Assembly: GCA_964016885.1 (NCBI GenBank)
Contig: OZ024741.1
Coordinates: forward strand, 409,510,001 to 409,574,000
Direction of reading: 5' to 3'
DNA: 64,000 nucleotides
DNA from: Eledone cirrhosa
Lineage: Eukaryota
Translations under genes and position numbers: made by a program
In this document: positions 33,777 to 46,900 of the stretch, one piece after another
Layout of the letters: every line of letters starts with the position of its first letter
Position numbering within the stretch: position 1 is the first letter of the stretch
The notes under the pieces: generated by a model
Seen by the model: the letters and a program-made list of their open reading frames with translations, nothing else
Database searches by the model: none
Told to the model about the DNA's origin: nothing

Positions 33777-36700
33777 GTTTCTTTATTTGCCACAGGGGCG
33801 TACAAAAATGGAACATTACAAGACGTGACGGCGGGGGTTTTAAATAAAATCTTTAACAATGATAAATAACAATAAACTATATATAATAAAATAACAATTG
33901 AAGTCCCCAATAGGGGGTAACGTTACTGCAGGGTTGTTTTACACCCCGTGGATAGAACAACCCTCAACACCAGGAGCACGTTTTGTAGGTGTTCCCGTCT
34001 TCCCTATGTTTATCTTCCTCAACCTACAGGTTTATATACAGAGAAGGCCCATTCACCCGATCAATTTTCGCCACATTCGCCCACCGCTCAGTGAATTTAC
34101 TGGAGTGTAACACCTCTCTCTCCACTTTTACCTTCCTTCTGAAGTGGTACTTAAAGAAGGGGATGAGTTGTCCGGAGAGAAGGGTGCTTGCCCTCAGTCC
34201 CTTTAACCTCGTCCACCATATTACCTCTTTCGCCATAGCCACCAGACAGAGGAAGACCGCCTCTCCTTCGTTCTTAAATGAAGGTGGCGGGGTGATCCTC
34301 ACGATGGACTCGGCTGACAACTGGATGTGTCCCACATGTGACAGCAGCTGTTCTACATAATTCCACAGGTTGGTCACCCCTGGGCACTGAACGATTGCGT
34401 GCAGAATGGTTTCGATGTCCTGCTTGCATCTTGGACAGGTCCTTTTGGCAAGATCTCTGCCAGGGCGTCCGTGCCTGTAGATTTTGTCTCGAACTGGTAG
34501 AGCTTCTCGGTAGCACTGCCAGGCGAGAGACCTCTGGAAGTTATCCATAGGTTCTGGAGGGAAAGTCCTCCCGAACACACTGGTCAGTTCATCCTCCTCG
34601 ATGCCTAGAGTTTCCCCGAGAACGTTGTCGCACCTATCCTTCACTAATCCCCTATAGAATGTCGAAGTGGAGTCTCCGCTGATTGCCGTTTCCGCTTGGT
34701 AGAGGGCTGTGAGTGCCTGTAGGCACTCGAGGTGCCAGGCACCCATTTTCATCTTCGCTTGACCCAGGACTGCAGCTCTGTTAGTGAGACGAGTTGTGGA
34801 AGAGCTTGTCTCACAAACGACATCTACACCGGTTCACCGGTCAGGAACCACCCTGAGATGACGTAGCCTCAGCGCATGTTTTTTGCGCATCATCAACCAT
34901 GGCATGCCCAGCCCTCCGTTAGAAGGGTGTTGACAGCAGATGGATCTCCTCACCAATGGAGCCTGTTTCTTCCAGAGGAACTTGAAGAGTAGGCGTTCCA
35001 TTTTGGTAAGGTATTTGCGGGGGCAAGGCACAACTGTCAAGCGGTAGTAGATGATGGATGCTATGTAAGTGTTCGCCACCTCTGCTCGACCTTTCAAGGA
35101 GAGTTTGCACTCAGCCCACTTCTGGGTGAGCGCAAACACCTTCGCCGTGACCGCGTTCCAGTTCTTGTCCACCTGGAGGTCTGGACCAAACCAGACCCCG
35201 AGCAATTTCACTGGTCCTTCCATCCCGCGTCCAACGACACTATTGGAAGGCATGGGTTTGCCTCTCCATGTGCCGAGTTGCAAACCGACAGACTTGTTTG
35301 GGTTTATTCTTGCTTCTGTCAACGTTTCGTATTCCTGTAATAGGTTGCCGATTACCCCGATGTCCGAGGTTTTCGACACCATTACGGTTATGTCGTCGGC
35401 ATAGGCCGACGCTGCTTTCTGCAGTCCTGGTTCAATCGGGATGCCCTGCAACAGCTCCAACTTCCGCAGTAATGGCTCGACAGTCAGTACATACAGAATG
35501 GAGGAGAGATGGCATCCCTGACGGATGGAACGCATGATTTGGAATGGTTCTGATAGGTAGTCATTCACCTTGACTGCCGAGAAGATGTTGCTGTGCATGC
35601 CAGCGATCCAGCCTCTGAAGACGAGACCGAAGCCAGCCGCATTGAGAACCGCTTCCAAGTATTGATGGTCGATCGTATCGAACGCCTTAGACTGATCTAA
35701 ATTGATCAGTGCCCCACCGAAGCAAGATTTACACCCTACCCTCTCTATGATGTATCGCAAGAGGTGGAGGTTGTCGTGTATGGACCTGGTCGGCATTGCA
35801 CACGTTGCCGCTTTCCCTACCAGGTTCTCGACTACAAGCGCCAGCCTCGTTGCCAACACCTTGGCCAAAATCTTTAACTCTGTGTTGAGCAGAGTTATGG
35901 GCCTAAAGTTGTTTAGTTCCTCCCCCTTGTTCCCGTCTATCCTGATCAGCGTTACTACGCCCCTGCCTGCAGAACTGGGAATTCTCCCGTTCTGCTCCCA
36001 GTTGCAGTAGACGGCCTCGAGGATGCCAGAGAACAAGTCCAGCATGCCTATGTTAAACTCATATGGTAGACCATCTAGACCGGGTGATTTGCGTTTCCCG
36101 CAGCGGCCCAGAGTGTCCCGTAAAGCTACTTCCTTGCTAAATGCTATCGATTCTATTCTAATTGCTCTCTTGAGAGAGCTCCACCACCTGTTGTTGACGA
36201 TCACCCCATCAACTGGCACTTAACTAAGGTGCTAATCCGTTTACTGTAGGCCTTACGCGCCGGGAGCGACATGTTTAGCTTCCAGTATCCGGGTCCCTGT
36301 CTATGTGTTCTATCAAGGTTGACTACGCAGGTGACTAATTTGTGGTCTGAATAGGCAACCATGTGCATTTGTGGATAGCTTAATGTTTCCTTATCATTCT
36401 GTCTAATTAAAAATCTATCTAAATACGATCTAGAAGACCCAGTGTGGTTGCTCCACGTCCACAGTGGTGTACTTCGGAAGTCTAGTCGATATCTATCAGC
36501 CAGTTGGAATTGGCTGATGAGATTTGTTCAGGCTATTACACCCCCCTCTATTATCACAAGCTCCTACATAGTCCCAACATGCGTCTAAGATGCCATTCCA
36601 GTCCCCCGCTAACACTAAGGAACAAGACGCTCCCAGGAATGGCTCCAGATGCTTGAAGAACTCAGGTCGCGATGTCCCAGTCGGGGCATATACGGCCACC

Positions 36701-39113
36701 AGTCTGAAAGCTCCACCTTCACTACCATTCACATCCAGGACCACCAGGCTGCCCTCCGGGTCCAAGTGAATTGTCTGTATTTTGAGATCCAAGTTTTTTC
36801 GAAACAGAACAGCAACTCCCCCTCCACCTCCTGGCTGACTGAGAGATGCGTTGATCTCAAAATCATCGATCATGGGGGTTAGCTGCTGCTTGTCGTGAAT
36901 CCTAGACTTGGTGATGGCTATCACATCTATACAATGTGACCTGAGATCATTTAAAAGCTGGCCTTGTTTCCAGGACATGCCCAGGCCATGTACATTCAAA
37001 CATCCAGCTTGTATAGTCGCCATGTTGGTGAAGAAGAGTTAAGGAGAGAAAAGGCAGGAACACTTACCTTTTCATTTCCTGGAGGTCGGGTTGTTCAATC
37101 TCCATGTCCAGATTGGGGGTGTTTGGGGAGGAAGGGAATCCTTTTAGCAGGACACGGTTAAGGGGCTTTTGGCAAGGGGGCCCCACATCATGTGGGAAGT
37201 TCTCTTTTAAAGTTTCATACTGTAGGGTTGTTACCCTGATAAGTTTGAGGTTTGAGGGTGGGTCGTTGGTGGGGAAGGTTTTCCCTTCCATTTGTATTGT
37301 GGGGTTCTTTCAGACAGTTTCCACCAGTTCTTTGTTTCTTGTTTTTATGTATGTGTAATGTGTTTTGTTTTTTATGTGTACTGTTTCTGTTTGTAGTTTT
37401 CTTTTTGTGGTTGGGGTTTGTGATTGTGGTGGTGTGGGTGTTTGTTTTGTTGGTGGTGATTGTGTTGTTGGTGTGTTTGTCGTTTGTGGCGGTGTGTTTA
37501 TGGGGGGGGGGGGGTGTTTCTGTAGATGTTTTTGTGACTTTTTTGTCTCTTTTTTGTTTTTTGGATTTCCTCTTCATTCTCACTTGGAGATGTAGAGGTT
37601 CCCGTGTCTGAGACTTCTGAATCAGGGGTAGATGGGAGGGGTATGTTGTGTGGTGGAGTGTTTGTGCAGGTGTTTGGGGAAGTATTTGACAGGGAGGTAG
37701 GAGGCAATGGAATGCTTTTCAGTGGGATTTTGTGTGTGTGGTTGTCTCTGGTCTGTGGTGGAGTGGGAGTGGATGTTGCAGGTTTTTGTGTTGTGTTTGA
37801 TTTGGGATGTTGATGTTGGGGTTTTGGTGTTGGTAATAACACCTTGTTTGTCCTAGGTTTGTTTAAGAGAGGGCAAAAGGCCTTTAAGTGTGTGGTTTTC
37901 CCACACTAATGGCACTGAGGTCTTTTCCCCTCCACTAAAATGGAGATGACATCTTCCTCAAGGACGATCCTGTCCGGTATTTTCTCAACTCTCTCTGGCC
38001 TCATTTGTACCAGAACCTCGATGCTGGTTCCAAACCAGTTATTCCGGTTTGTTCTGTCTACAGATAGGAGGGTGTCTTCATCCTTCTTCAGGATGTAGCA
38101 TAGGATCCACCGTATGTTGACCTCTGCTGGGATTCTGGTTATTTTTATTTTGTATGATCTTCTTCCCATGTATGTGAGGAAGAAGATGTGTTGATCCGTT
38201 TTTATTGGATGCACCGAGTGTTTTTGAGCCAGAGTTTCACTCTTAAAGAGCACTGACACACTTCCATACTGTTTAGCTCTTTGGAGGTATGCCACGTCTG
38301 GCTTGATATCTTTTAGTGCAGCATCAATAGTGCTTGTTGGGAGCGTTATGGGCTTTTTGGTAGTGATGTCAACTGTTCTATAAATTAGCTTCTTTTTCTG
38401 TGTCATTTCTCTTACTTGTGGAGGTATGTGTATGCGTGGGGTGTCTCCCTCAAACATCACATAGGTGGAAGCTTCTTCCAAATATTGGGACTTTTGGGAA
38501 ATGTCCATGGGGTAATACTTAAAATCCTGTTGCTTAGCAACGGTTGTTGCAAATGAAATTTTGTTGTTGCTGTTGGTGGTGATGATGGTCTCATGTGTTG
38601 TGTTGCCACTTTGTTGTGTTGTTGTTGTTCTCATTTATTGTGTTGTTGTTGTTGCTTGTGGTGGTGTTAGTATTTGCTACATATACTTCCTTCTGTGTGT
38701 GGATACATGTGACGTTTGTGACATCAGGCGTGTTCAGTTGCTTACAAGCAACTGAAGCTTGTTCCCCTTCTAAATGTTGAGGCGATAATATTGGCATTCC
38801 TTTGTCCATGTCTGCTACTACCTGCTGGTCAAGTAGGCATGGCTTTCCCTTCCCATCTTCTTGTATTGACAAAGTAGGTGCCTTTGCTTCGGCCATTTTT
38901 TTTAAATTGAAGTGTTTTGCAAAGATATTTTAGAAAATATGTTGGATGTTTTTGCCCTAAAGGGCACGATATTTTGGGAGACTGACCAGATCAAAATTTG
39001 ACCTGTTAGTCCCTCTACAAATTGGTATAAAAATAAAAGTTCACAATGACGAATTTCTAAAGAAATTTAAACAAAACTTACCAAGCAAGTTTAACACGTG
39101 TGTCCATCGTGGA
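33777..39113 (-). mobile_element. Tx1 copy D (family 3), full-length, decayed and chimeric
   Basis: ORF1 spans ~38896-37064, with CH*CGKTTHLKAFC (stop inside the knuckle). ORF2 starts at 37023 and has frameshifts and a deletion near 36120. Confidence 0.92.
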
Positions 39114-39123
39114 ATAGATAGAT

Positions 39124-39172
<49 letters not shown>

Positions 39173-39173
<1 letters not shown>

Positions 39174-40184
39174 TTCTTTATTAGCCACAAGGGCGCAACA
39201 AGAAAGGGGACAATACAAAGACATGCCGGGGATTTTACATACAGTCGTGTAAAAAATATAAAAACAAACAATGTCAACAATCGAAATCCCCAATAGGGGG
39301 GAGGCGCCACAAATGTGTTGTTTAATACCCCGTCGATAGAACAACCCTCAACTCAAGGAGCGTGTTGTGCAAGTGGTCCTTTCTTCCTTTTGCTCTCTTC
39401 CTCAACCTACAGGCTTATAAACAGAGAAGGCCCAATCACTCGGGCCATTTTCGCTTCATTCACCCACCTTTCAGTAAATTTACTGGGGTGCAGTGCCTCT
39501 CTCTCCACCCTGATTCTCCTTCTAAAATGATACTTAAAGAATGGAATCAATTGTTGTCCGGAGAGAAAGGCATCTGTCCTCAGTCCTCTCAACCTCGTCC
39601 ACCATATAACTTCTTTCACCATAGCCACCGTACAGAGGAAAACCGCCTCTCTTTCGTTTTTGAAAGAGTCTGGCGGTTTGATCCTTACTATGGACTCGGC
39701 AGTCAACTGTATTTGTCCCATACGCGACAGCAGTTGTTCTGCATAGTTCCACAGGTCGCTTACGCCCGGGCAGTGTACAATTGCGTGCAGAACTGTTTCA
39801 ATGTCCTGCGCACATCTTGGACACGTCCTCTTGGAAGGATCCCTGCCAGGGCGTCCGTGCCTGTAGATCTTGTCACGAACCGGTAGAGCTCCTCGGTAGC
39901 ACTGCCAGGCCAGGGACCTCTGGAAGTTGTCCATAGGTCCCAGGCGGAAAGTCCTACCAAACATACTGGTGAGCTCATCGTCTTCGACGCCCAGAGTCTC
40001 TCCGAGCACGTCGTCGCCCTTGTAACGTACAATCCCTCTATAGAATGTCGAAGTGGAGTCTCCACTGATTGCTGCGCCCGCTTGCCAGAGGACTGTGAGC
40101 GCCTGAGCGCATTCAATGTGCCAGGCGCCCATCGTTTTCGGTCTTTTCTTCACCCAGGACTGCAGCTCCGTTAGCGAGACGAGC
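39173..40184 (-). mobile_element. Tx1 copy E (family 1), 5'-truncated, ~1.0 kb
   Basis: The 3' UTR and ORF2 C-terminus match copy A. Confidence 0.93.
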
Positions 40185-40216
<32 letters not shown>

Positions 40217-41245
40217 TCTTTCTTAATTTGCCACAGGGGCGTACAAAAATGGGACATTACAAGACGTGACGGCAGGGGTTTTACACAAAAATCATATAAC
40301 TTTAACATTAATAAATAACAATAAACTATATATAATAAAATAACAATTGAAGTCCCCAATAGGGGGGAATGTTACTGCAGAGTTGTTTTACACCCCGTGG
40401 ATAGAACAACCCTTAAAACCAGGAGCACATTTTTTAGGTGTTCCCGTCCTCCCTCTGTTTATTTTCCTCAACCTACAGGTTTATATAGAGAAAGCCCATT
40501 CACTCGGGCCATTTTCGCCACATTCACCCACCTTTCAGCAAATTTACTGGAGTGTAACACCTCTCTCTCCACTCTCACCTTCCTTCTGAAGTGGTACTTA
40601 AAGAAGGGGATGAGTTGTCCGGAGAGAAAGGTGTTTGCCCTCAGTCCTTTTAACCTCGTCCACCATATTACCTCTTTCGCCATAGCCACCAGACAGAGGA
40701 AGACCGCCTCTCCTTCATTCTTAAATGAAGGCAGAGGGGTGATCCTCACGATGGACTCGGCTGACAACTGGATGTGTCCTACACGTGACAGTAGTTGTTC
40801 GACATAGTTCCACAGGTTGGTCACCCCAGGGCACTGAAAAATTGTGTGCAGAACGGTTTCGATGTCCTGCTCGCATCTTGGACAGGTCCTTTTGGCAGGA
40901 TCTCTGCCAGGGCGTCCGTGCCTGTAGATTTTGTCTCGAACTGGTAGAGCTTCTCGGTAGCACTGCCAGGCCAGAGACCTCTGGAAGTTATCCATAGGTT
41001 CTGGACGGAAAGTCCTCTCGAACAGACTGGTCAGTTCATCCTCCTCGATGCCTTGAGTCTCCCAGAGAACATCGTCGCACTTATTCTCCATAGAATGTCG
41101 AAGTGGAGTCTCCGCTGATTGCCGTTTCCGCTCGGTAGGGGGCTGTGAGTGCCTGAACGCACTTGAGGTGCCAGGCACCCATTTTCGGTCTTTGCTTGAC
41201 CCAGGACTGCAGCTCCGATAACGAGACAAGTGGTGGAAAAGCTTG
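40217..41245 (-). mobile_element. Tx1 copy F (family 3), 5'-truncated, ~1.0 kb
   Basis: The 3' UTR and ORF2 C-terminus match copy D. Confidence 0.93.
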
Positions 41246-41295
41246 ACAGATACACACACACGCACATTGTATGGATATGTCTGTGTATGTATGTT

Positions 41296-41684
41296 TGCAT
41301 GAATGTAGCGAAACATACAGTCTGTAGGCACCTCTAACAAAAATACACCCCCGTCCCACTACCCCTATCTGCACCCCCATCCACACCACCCCTTTCGATG
41401 TAAAGTTATGTTGGTACCACAACATCCAGTCCGAAATAAATGAGGTCGTGTAGGTATCACGACAAAAAAACACACAGTCCACTCTGTAATGTGGCCGTGT
41501 AGGTAACATGGTAAAAACCTCCCAGTCCACACTAAATGTGGTTGGTGTTAGGAAGGGCATCCAGCTGTAGAAAACCCGCCACACAGTCCTATACGAGCAA
41601 GACAACCAATCTTGCCTCATGTGGGAAAATTCCTGTCCAAACCCATGCAAGCGTGGAAGATGGACGTTAAACGATGATGATGAT
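41296..41684 (+). mobile_element. RTE-a 3'-UTR-only copy
   Basis: Inverse homolog of ~4300-4670, ending ggacgttaaacgatgatgatgat. Confidence 0.88.
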
Positions 41685-41865
41685 AAGTGTGTATATTTAT
41701 GTATGTATGTATGTTTGCATGTATATGTGTATGTATGTATGTGTATATGTATGTGCATATGTGTATATGTATGTAGTTTCAGTCAGCAAAAGAATGGATA
41801 CAATATCTTTATAAACATCTAACATATAGTCTATACATCATGATGATATATATATGTATATATAT

Positions 41866-43950
41866 CACCATCATCATCATTTTACGTCCGCTTTTCCCTG
41901 CTTGCAAGGGTTGGACGGGTCCTATTCAGCACAGCATCTCTCCACTTGTCACAGTCCTTCGTCATCTCCTCAGTGAGTTTCAGCGATCTGAGGTCTGCTC
42001 CCACCAACTCCGCCTATGTTTTTCGTGGTCTTCCTCTATTGCATCTTCCTTCTACTGGTATTTCTTGGCACTTCTTCATCCATCGGTCATCCTCCATGTG
42101 CATCACATGTCCATACCATTGCACTCTCCTCTCCTGCACACAACAATTTATCCTTCTCAGACAGTTTCTCTCTCAACACATCCATGTTCGGCCGTTCACA
42201 CACATTGACATTGCACATCCAACATACTAATCTGATCACCTAGGTACCGGAAGCTATCAACCACTTCTATAGCACCCACCTACATTTGAAAAATGTGTCT
42301 ATCAATGCGACTTCTACTGTCAAATTTCCCTGTACATCTACTGCATGCATATTTTCCCCTACCTGTTAGTTTGCCTGCTATCCCACTACATCTCTTGTGT
42401 ACCCAAGATCTGCATTGTGTACATTTTATAGAATTTATGCCAGTTCCTTTTCTGCATATCGAACATGGCCATTTCCCTGATGGAATCAGAGTTTTGTCCT
42501 CTTTTCTACTCATCAAAACTTTTGTCTTAGCTAGGTTCACTCTCAGTCCTCTTGATTCCAACTGCTGTTTCCATAGCCAGAATTTATTCTATAGCTCCTC
42601 TACTGATTCTGCTATAAGAACCAGATCGTCAGCATAGAGAAGTTCCCATGGACAGCCAGTCTTAAACTGCTCTGTTATGGCTTGGAGGACTATAATGAGC
42701 AAGAGCAGGCTGAGGACCGAACCCTGATGTACTCCTACTTGTATCTGGAATTCCTCACTAAACTCCATTCCTACCCTCACTTTACTGACAGCACCTCTGT
42801 ACAAAGCTTGCACTGTCCTCACAAGTCATTCTTCAACACCTAGTTTCCTTAGGGACCACCAGATGACAAATCGGGGTACCCTATCAAAGGCCTTCTCTAG
42901 GTCAACAAAAGCTAAGTATAGTGGCTTATTCTTCTCTAAGAACCTCTCTTGTAATTGTCTCACCAAGAAGAGGGCATCTGTTGTACTTTTCCCAGGCACA
43001 AAACCAAACTGCATCTCATCTAGTTTGACCCTTTCTCTAATAACCTGATCCATCAGTTTTATACCCCTATAATTGCTCCTCTCTAGAGTATCCCCTTTAC
43101 CTTTGTAGCAATTTATGAGAATACTGCTGCACCAGTCTTTGGGTATGACACTACCTGATAGATGATGCGTGCAACCAGTTTAGTGCCTACGTCCCCTGAT
43201 GCCTTCAGCATCTCAGCAACTATCCCCGACGGTCCAGCGGCCTTACCATTCTTCATTTCTTTAATTGCCTCTTGGACCCTATATTCGTCAATCTCAATAG
43301 CTGGTCCCTCTGTCGGGTCTACTGGGGGTAATTTCTCTCTCTCCCATTCGTTTTCCACATTCATCAGTCTCTCATAATCACATTTCCAGACCTCCTATTT
43401 CTGGTCATTCGTGACACTAAGTACACCGGCATCATTCCGGACACATTTATCTCCAACAACATCCTGATTTGCACTGACACACTGCCTTGCAATGTGGAAC
43501 ACTGCACGCCTCTGATCTTCCCATCGCAGAACATTGGCAAACCTCCTACTCTCTGCCTCCATGCGTGTTAAGTACACCTAACGTCTAGCTTCTCTCTTAG
43601 TGGCTGTATATTCTTCCCTACTCCCACCCTTTTTCCAAGCCTTCCATGCTAGTCTTTTGTCTCTAATGGCCTTATCTACTGTGCTGTTCCACCACCAGGT
43701 CACTCTCTATCTGGTTGAAGCTCTGTCCCAACCACAAGTTTCATCAGTTGCCTGCAGCAAGTTGTCACGTAAGAAATTCCAGTTATTATCTGTCATACAA
43801 CTCTAAATCATCTTTTTTTCGTCATACACATCTTGAAGGGCTTTACTAAATTTTTTTTTTTCCAGACCTTTCTTCTCCACACCTTCCTGTATGTCTCATT
43901 CCATCTCGTGCTTACTTAGATATCACTAACAACTAACCTATGCTGTGGGA
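41866..43950 (-). mobile_element. decayed 5'-truncated RTE-c LINE
   Basis: Fragmented RT (FVDLEKAFD, HQGSVLS, YADD), PHD finger CSIC..CTQC..HKRC..CSRC, and a (TGA)n tail at 41866-41880. Confidence 0.9.
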
Positions 43951-46900
43951 TATATATATACATATCTAATATATATATACATTCTATACATAAATATATA
44001 TATACATTCTATACATCAAATATGTATATACATTCTATACATCAAATATGTATATACATTCTATACACATCTAATATATATATAAATTGTATACACATCT
44101 ACTATAAATATACATTCTATACACATCTACTATATATATATACATTGTATACACATCTACTATATATATATACATTGTAGACACATCTACTATATATATA
44201 TACATTGTATACACATCTACTATATATATACGTTGTATACACATCTACTATATATATATACATTGTATACACATCTACTATATATACATTGTATACACAT
44301 CTACTATATATATACGTTGTATACACATCTACTATATATATACATTGTATACACATCTACTATATATATACATTGTATACACATCTACTATATATATATA
44401 CATTGTAGACACATCTACTATATATATATACATTGTATACACATCTACTATATATATACATTGTATACACATCTACTATATATATATACATTGTATACAC
44501 ATCTACTATATATACATTGTATACACATCTACTATATGTATACGTTGTATACACATCTACTATATATATACATTGTATACACATCTACTATATATATACA
44601 TTGTATACACATCTACTATATATATACATTGTATACACATCTACTATATATATACATTGTATACACATCTACTGTATATATATTGTATACACATCTACTA
44701 TATATACATTGTATACACATCTACTATATATATATACATTGTATACACATCTACTATATATATATACATTGTATACACATCAACTATATATATATATATT
44801 GTATACACATCTACTATATATATATATTGTATACACATCTACTATATATATACATTGTATACACATCTACTATATATATATACATTGTATACACATCTAC
44901 TATATATATATACATTGTATACACATCTACTATATATACATTGTATACACATCTACTATATATATACATTGTATACACATCTACTATATATATATACATT
45001 GTATACACATGTACTATATATACATTGTATACACATCTACTATATATATATATTGTATACACGTCTACTATATATACATTGTATACACATCTACTATATA
45101 TATATACATTGTATACACATCTACTATATATATATACATTGTATACACATCTACTATATATATACATTATATACACATCTACTATATATATATTGTATAC
45201 ACATCTACTATATATATATTGTATACACATCTACTATATATATACATTGTATACACATCTACTATATATATATACATTGTATACACATCTACTATATATA
45301 TACATTGTATACACATCTACTATATATATATACATTGTATACACATCTACTATATATACATTGTATACACATCTACTATATATATACGTTGTATACACAT
45401 CTACTATATATATACATTGTATACACATCTACTATATATATACATTGTATACACATCTACTATATATATACATTGTATACACATCTACTATATATATACA
45501 TTGTATACACATCTACTATATATATACATTGTATACACATCTACTATATATATATTGTATACACATCTACTATATATACATTGTATACACATCTACTATA
45601 TATATATATTGTATACACATCTACTATATATATATACATTGTATACACATCTACTATATATATATACATTGTATACACATCTACTATATATATATATATT
45701 GTATACACATCTACTATATATATATATTGTATACACATCTACTATATATATACATTGTATACACATCTACTATATATATATACATTGTATACACATCTAC
45801 TATATATATAAACATTGTATACACATCTACTATATATACATTGTATACACATCTACTATATATATACATTGTATACACATCTACTATATATATATACATT
45901 GTATACACATGTACTATATATACATTGTATACACATCTACTATATATATATATTGTATACACGTCTACTATATATACATTGTATACACATCTACTATATA
46001 TATATACATTGTATACACATCTACTATATATATATACATTGTATACACATCTACTATATATATATATATTGTATACACATCTACTATATATATATATTGT
46101 ATACACATCTACTATATATATACATTGTATACACATCTACTATATATATATACATTGTATACACATCTACTATATATATAAACATTGTATACACATCTAC
46201 TATATATATACATTATATACACATCTACTATATATATATTGTATACACATCTACTATATATATATTGTATACACATCTACTATATATATACATTGTATAC
46301 ACATCTACTATATATATACATTGTATACACATCTACTTTATATATACATTGTATACACATCTACTTTATATATATACATTGTATACACATCTACTATATA
46401 TATATACATTGTATACACATCTACTATATATATATATATTGTATACACATCTACTATATATATACATTGTATACACATCTACTATATATATACATTGTAT
46501 ACACATCTACTATATATATATTGTATACACATCTACTATATATACATTGTATACACATCTACTATATATATATATTGTATACACATCTACAATATATATA
46601 TACATTGTATATACATCTACTATATATATATACATTGTATACACATCTACTATATATATACATTGTATACACATCTACTATATATATATACATTGTATAC
46701 ACATGTACTATATATACATTGTATACACATCTACTATATATATATACATTGTATACACATCTACTATATATATATACATTGTATACACATCTACTATATA
46801 TATATACATTGTATACACATCTACTATATATATACATTATATACACATCTACTATATATATATTGTATACACATCTACTATATATATCTTGTATACACAT

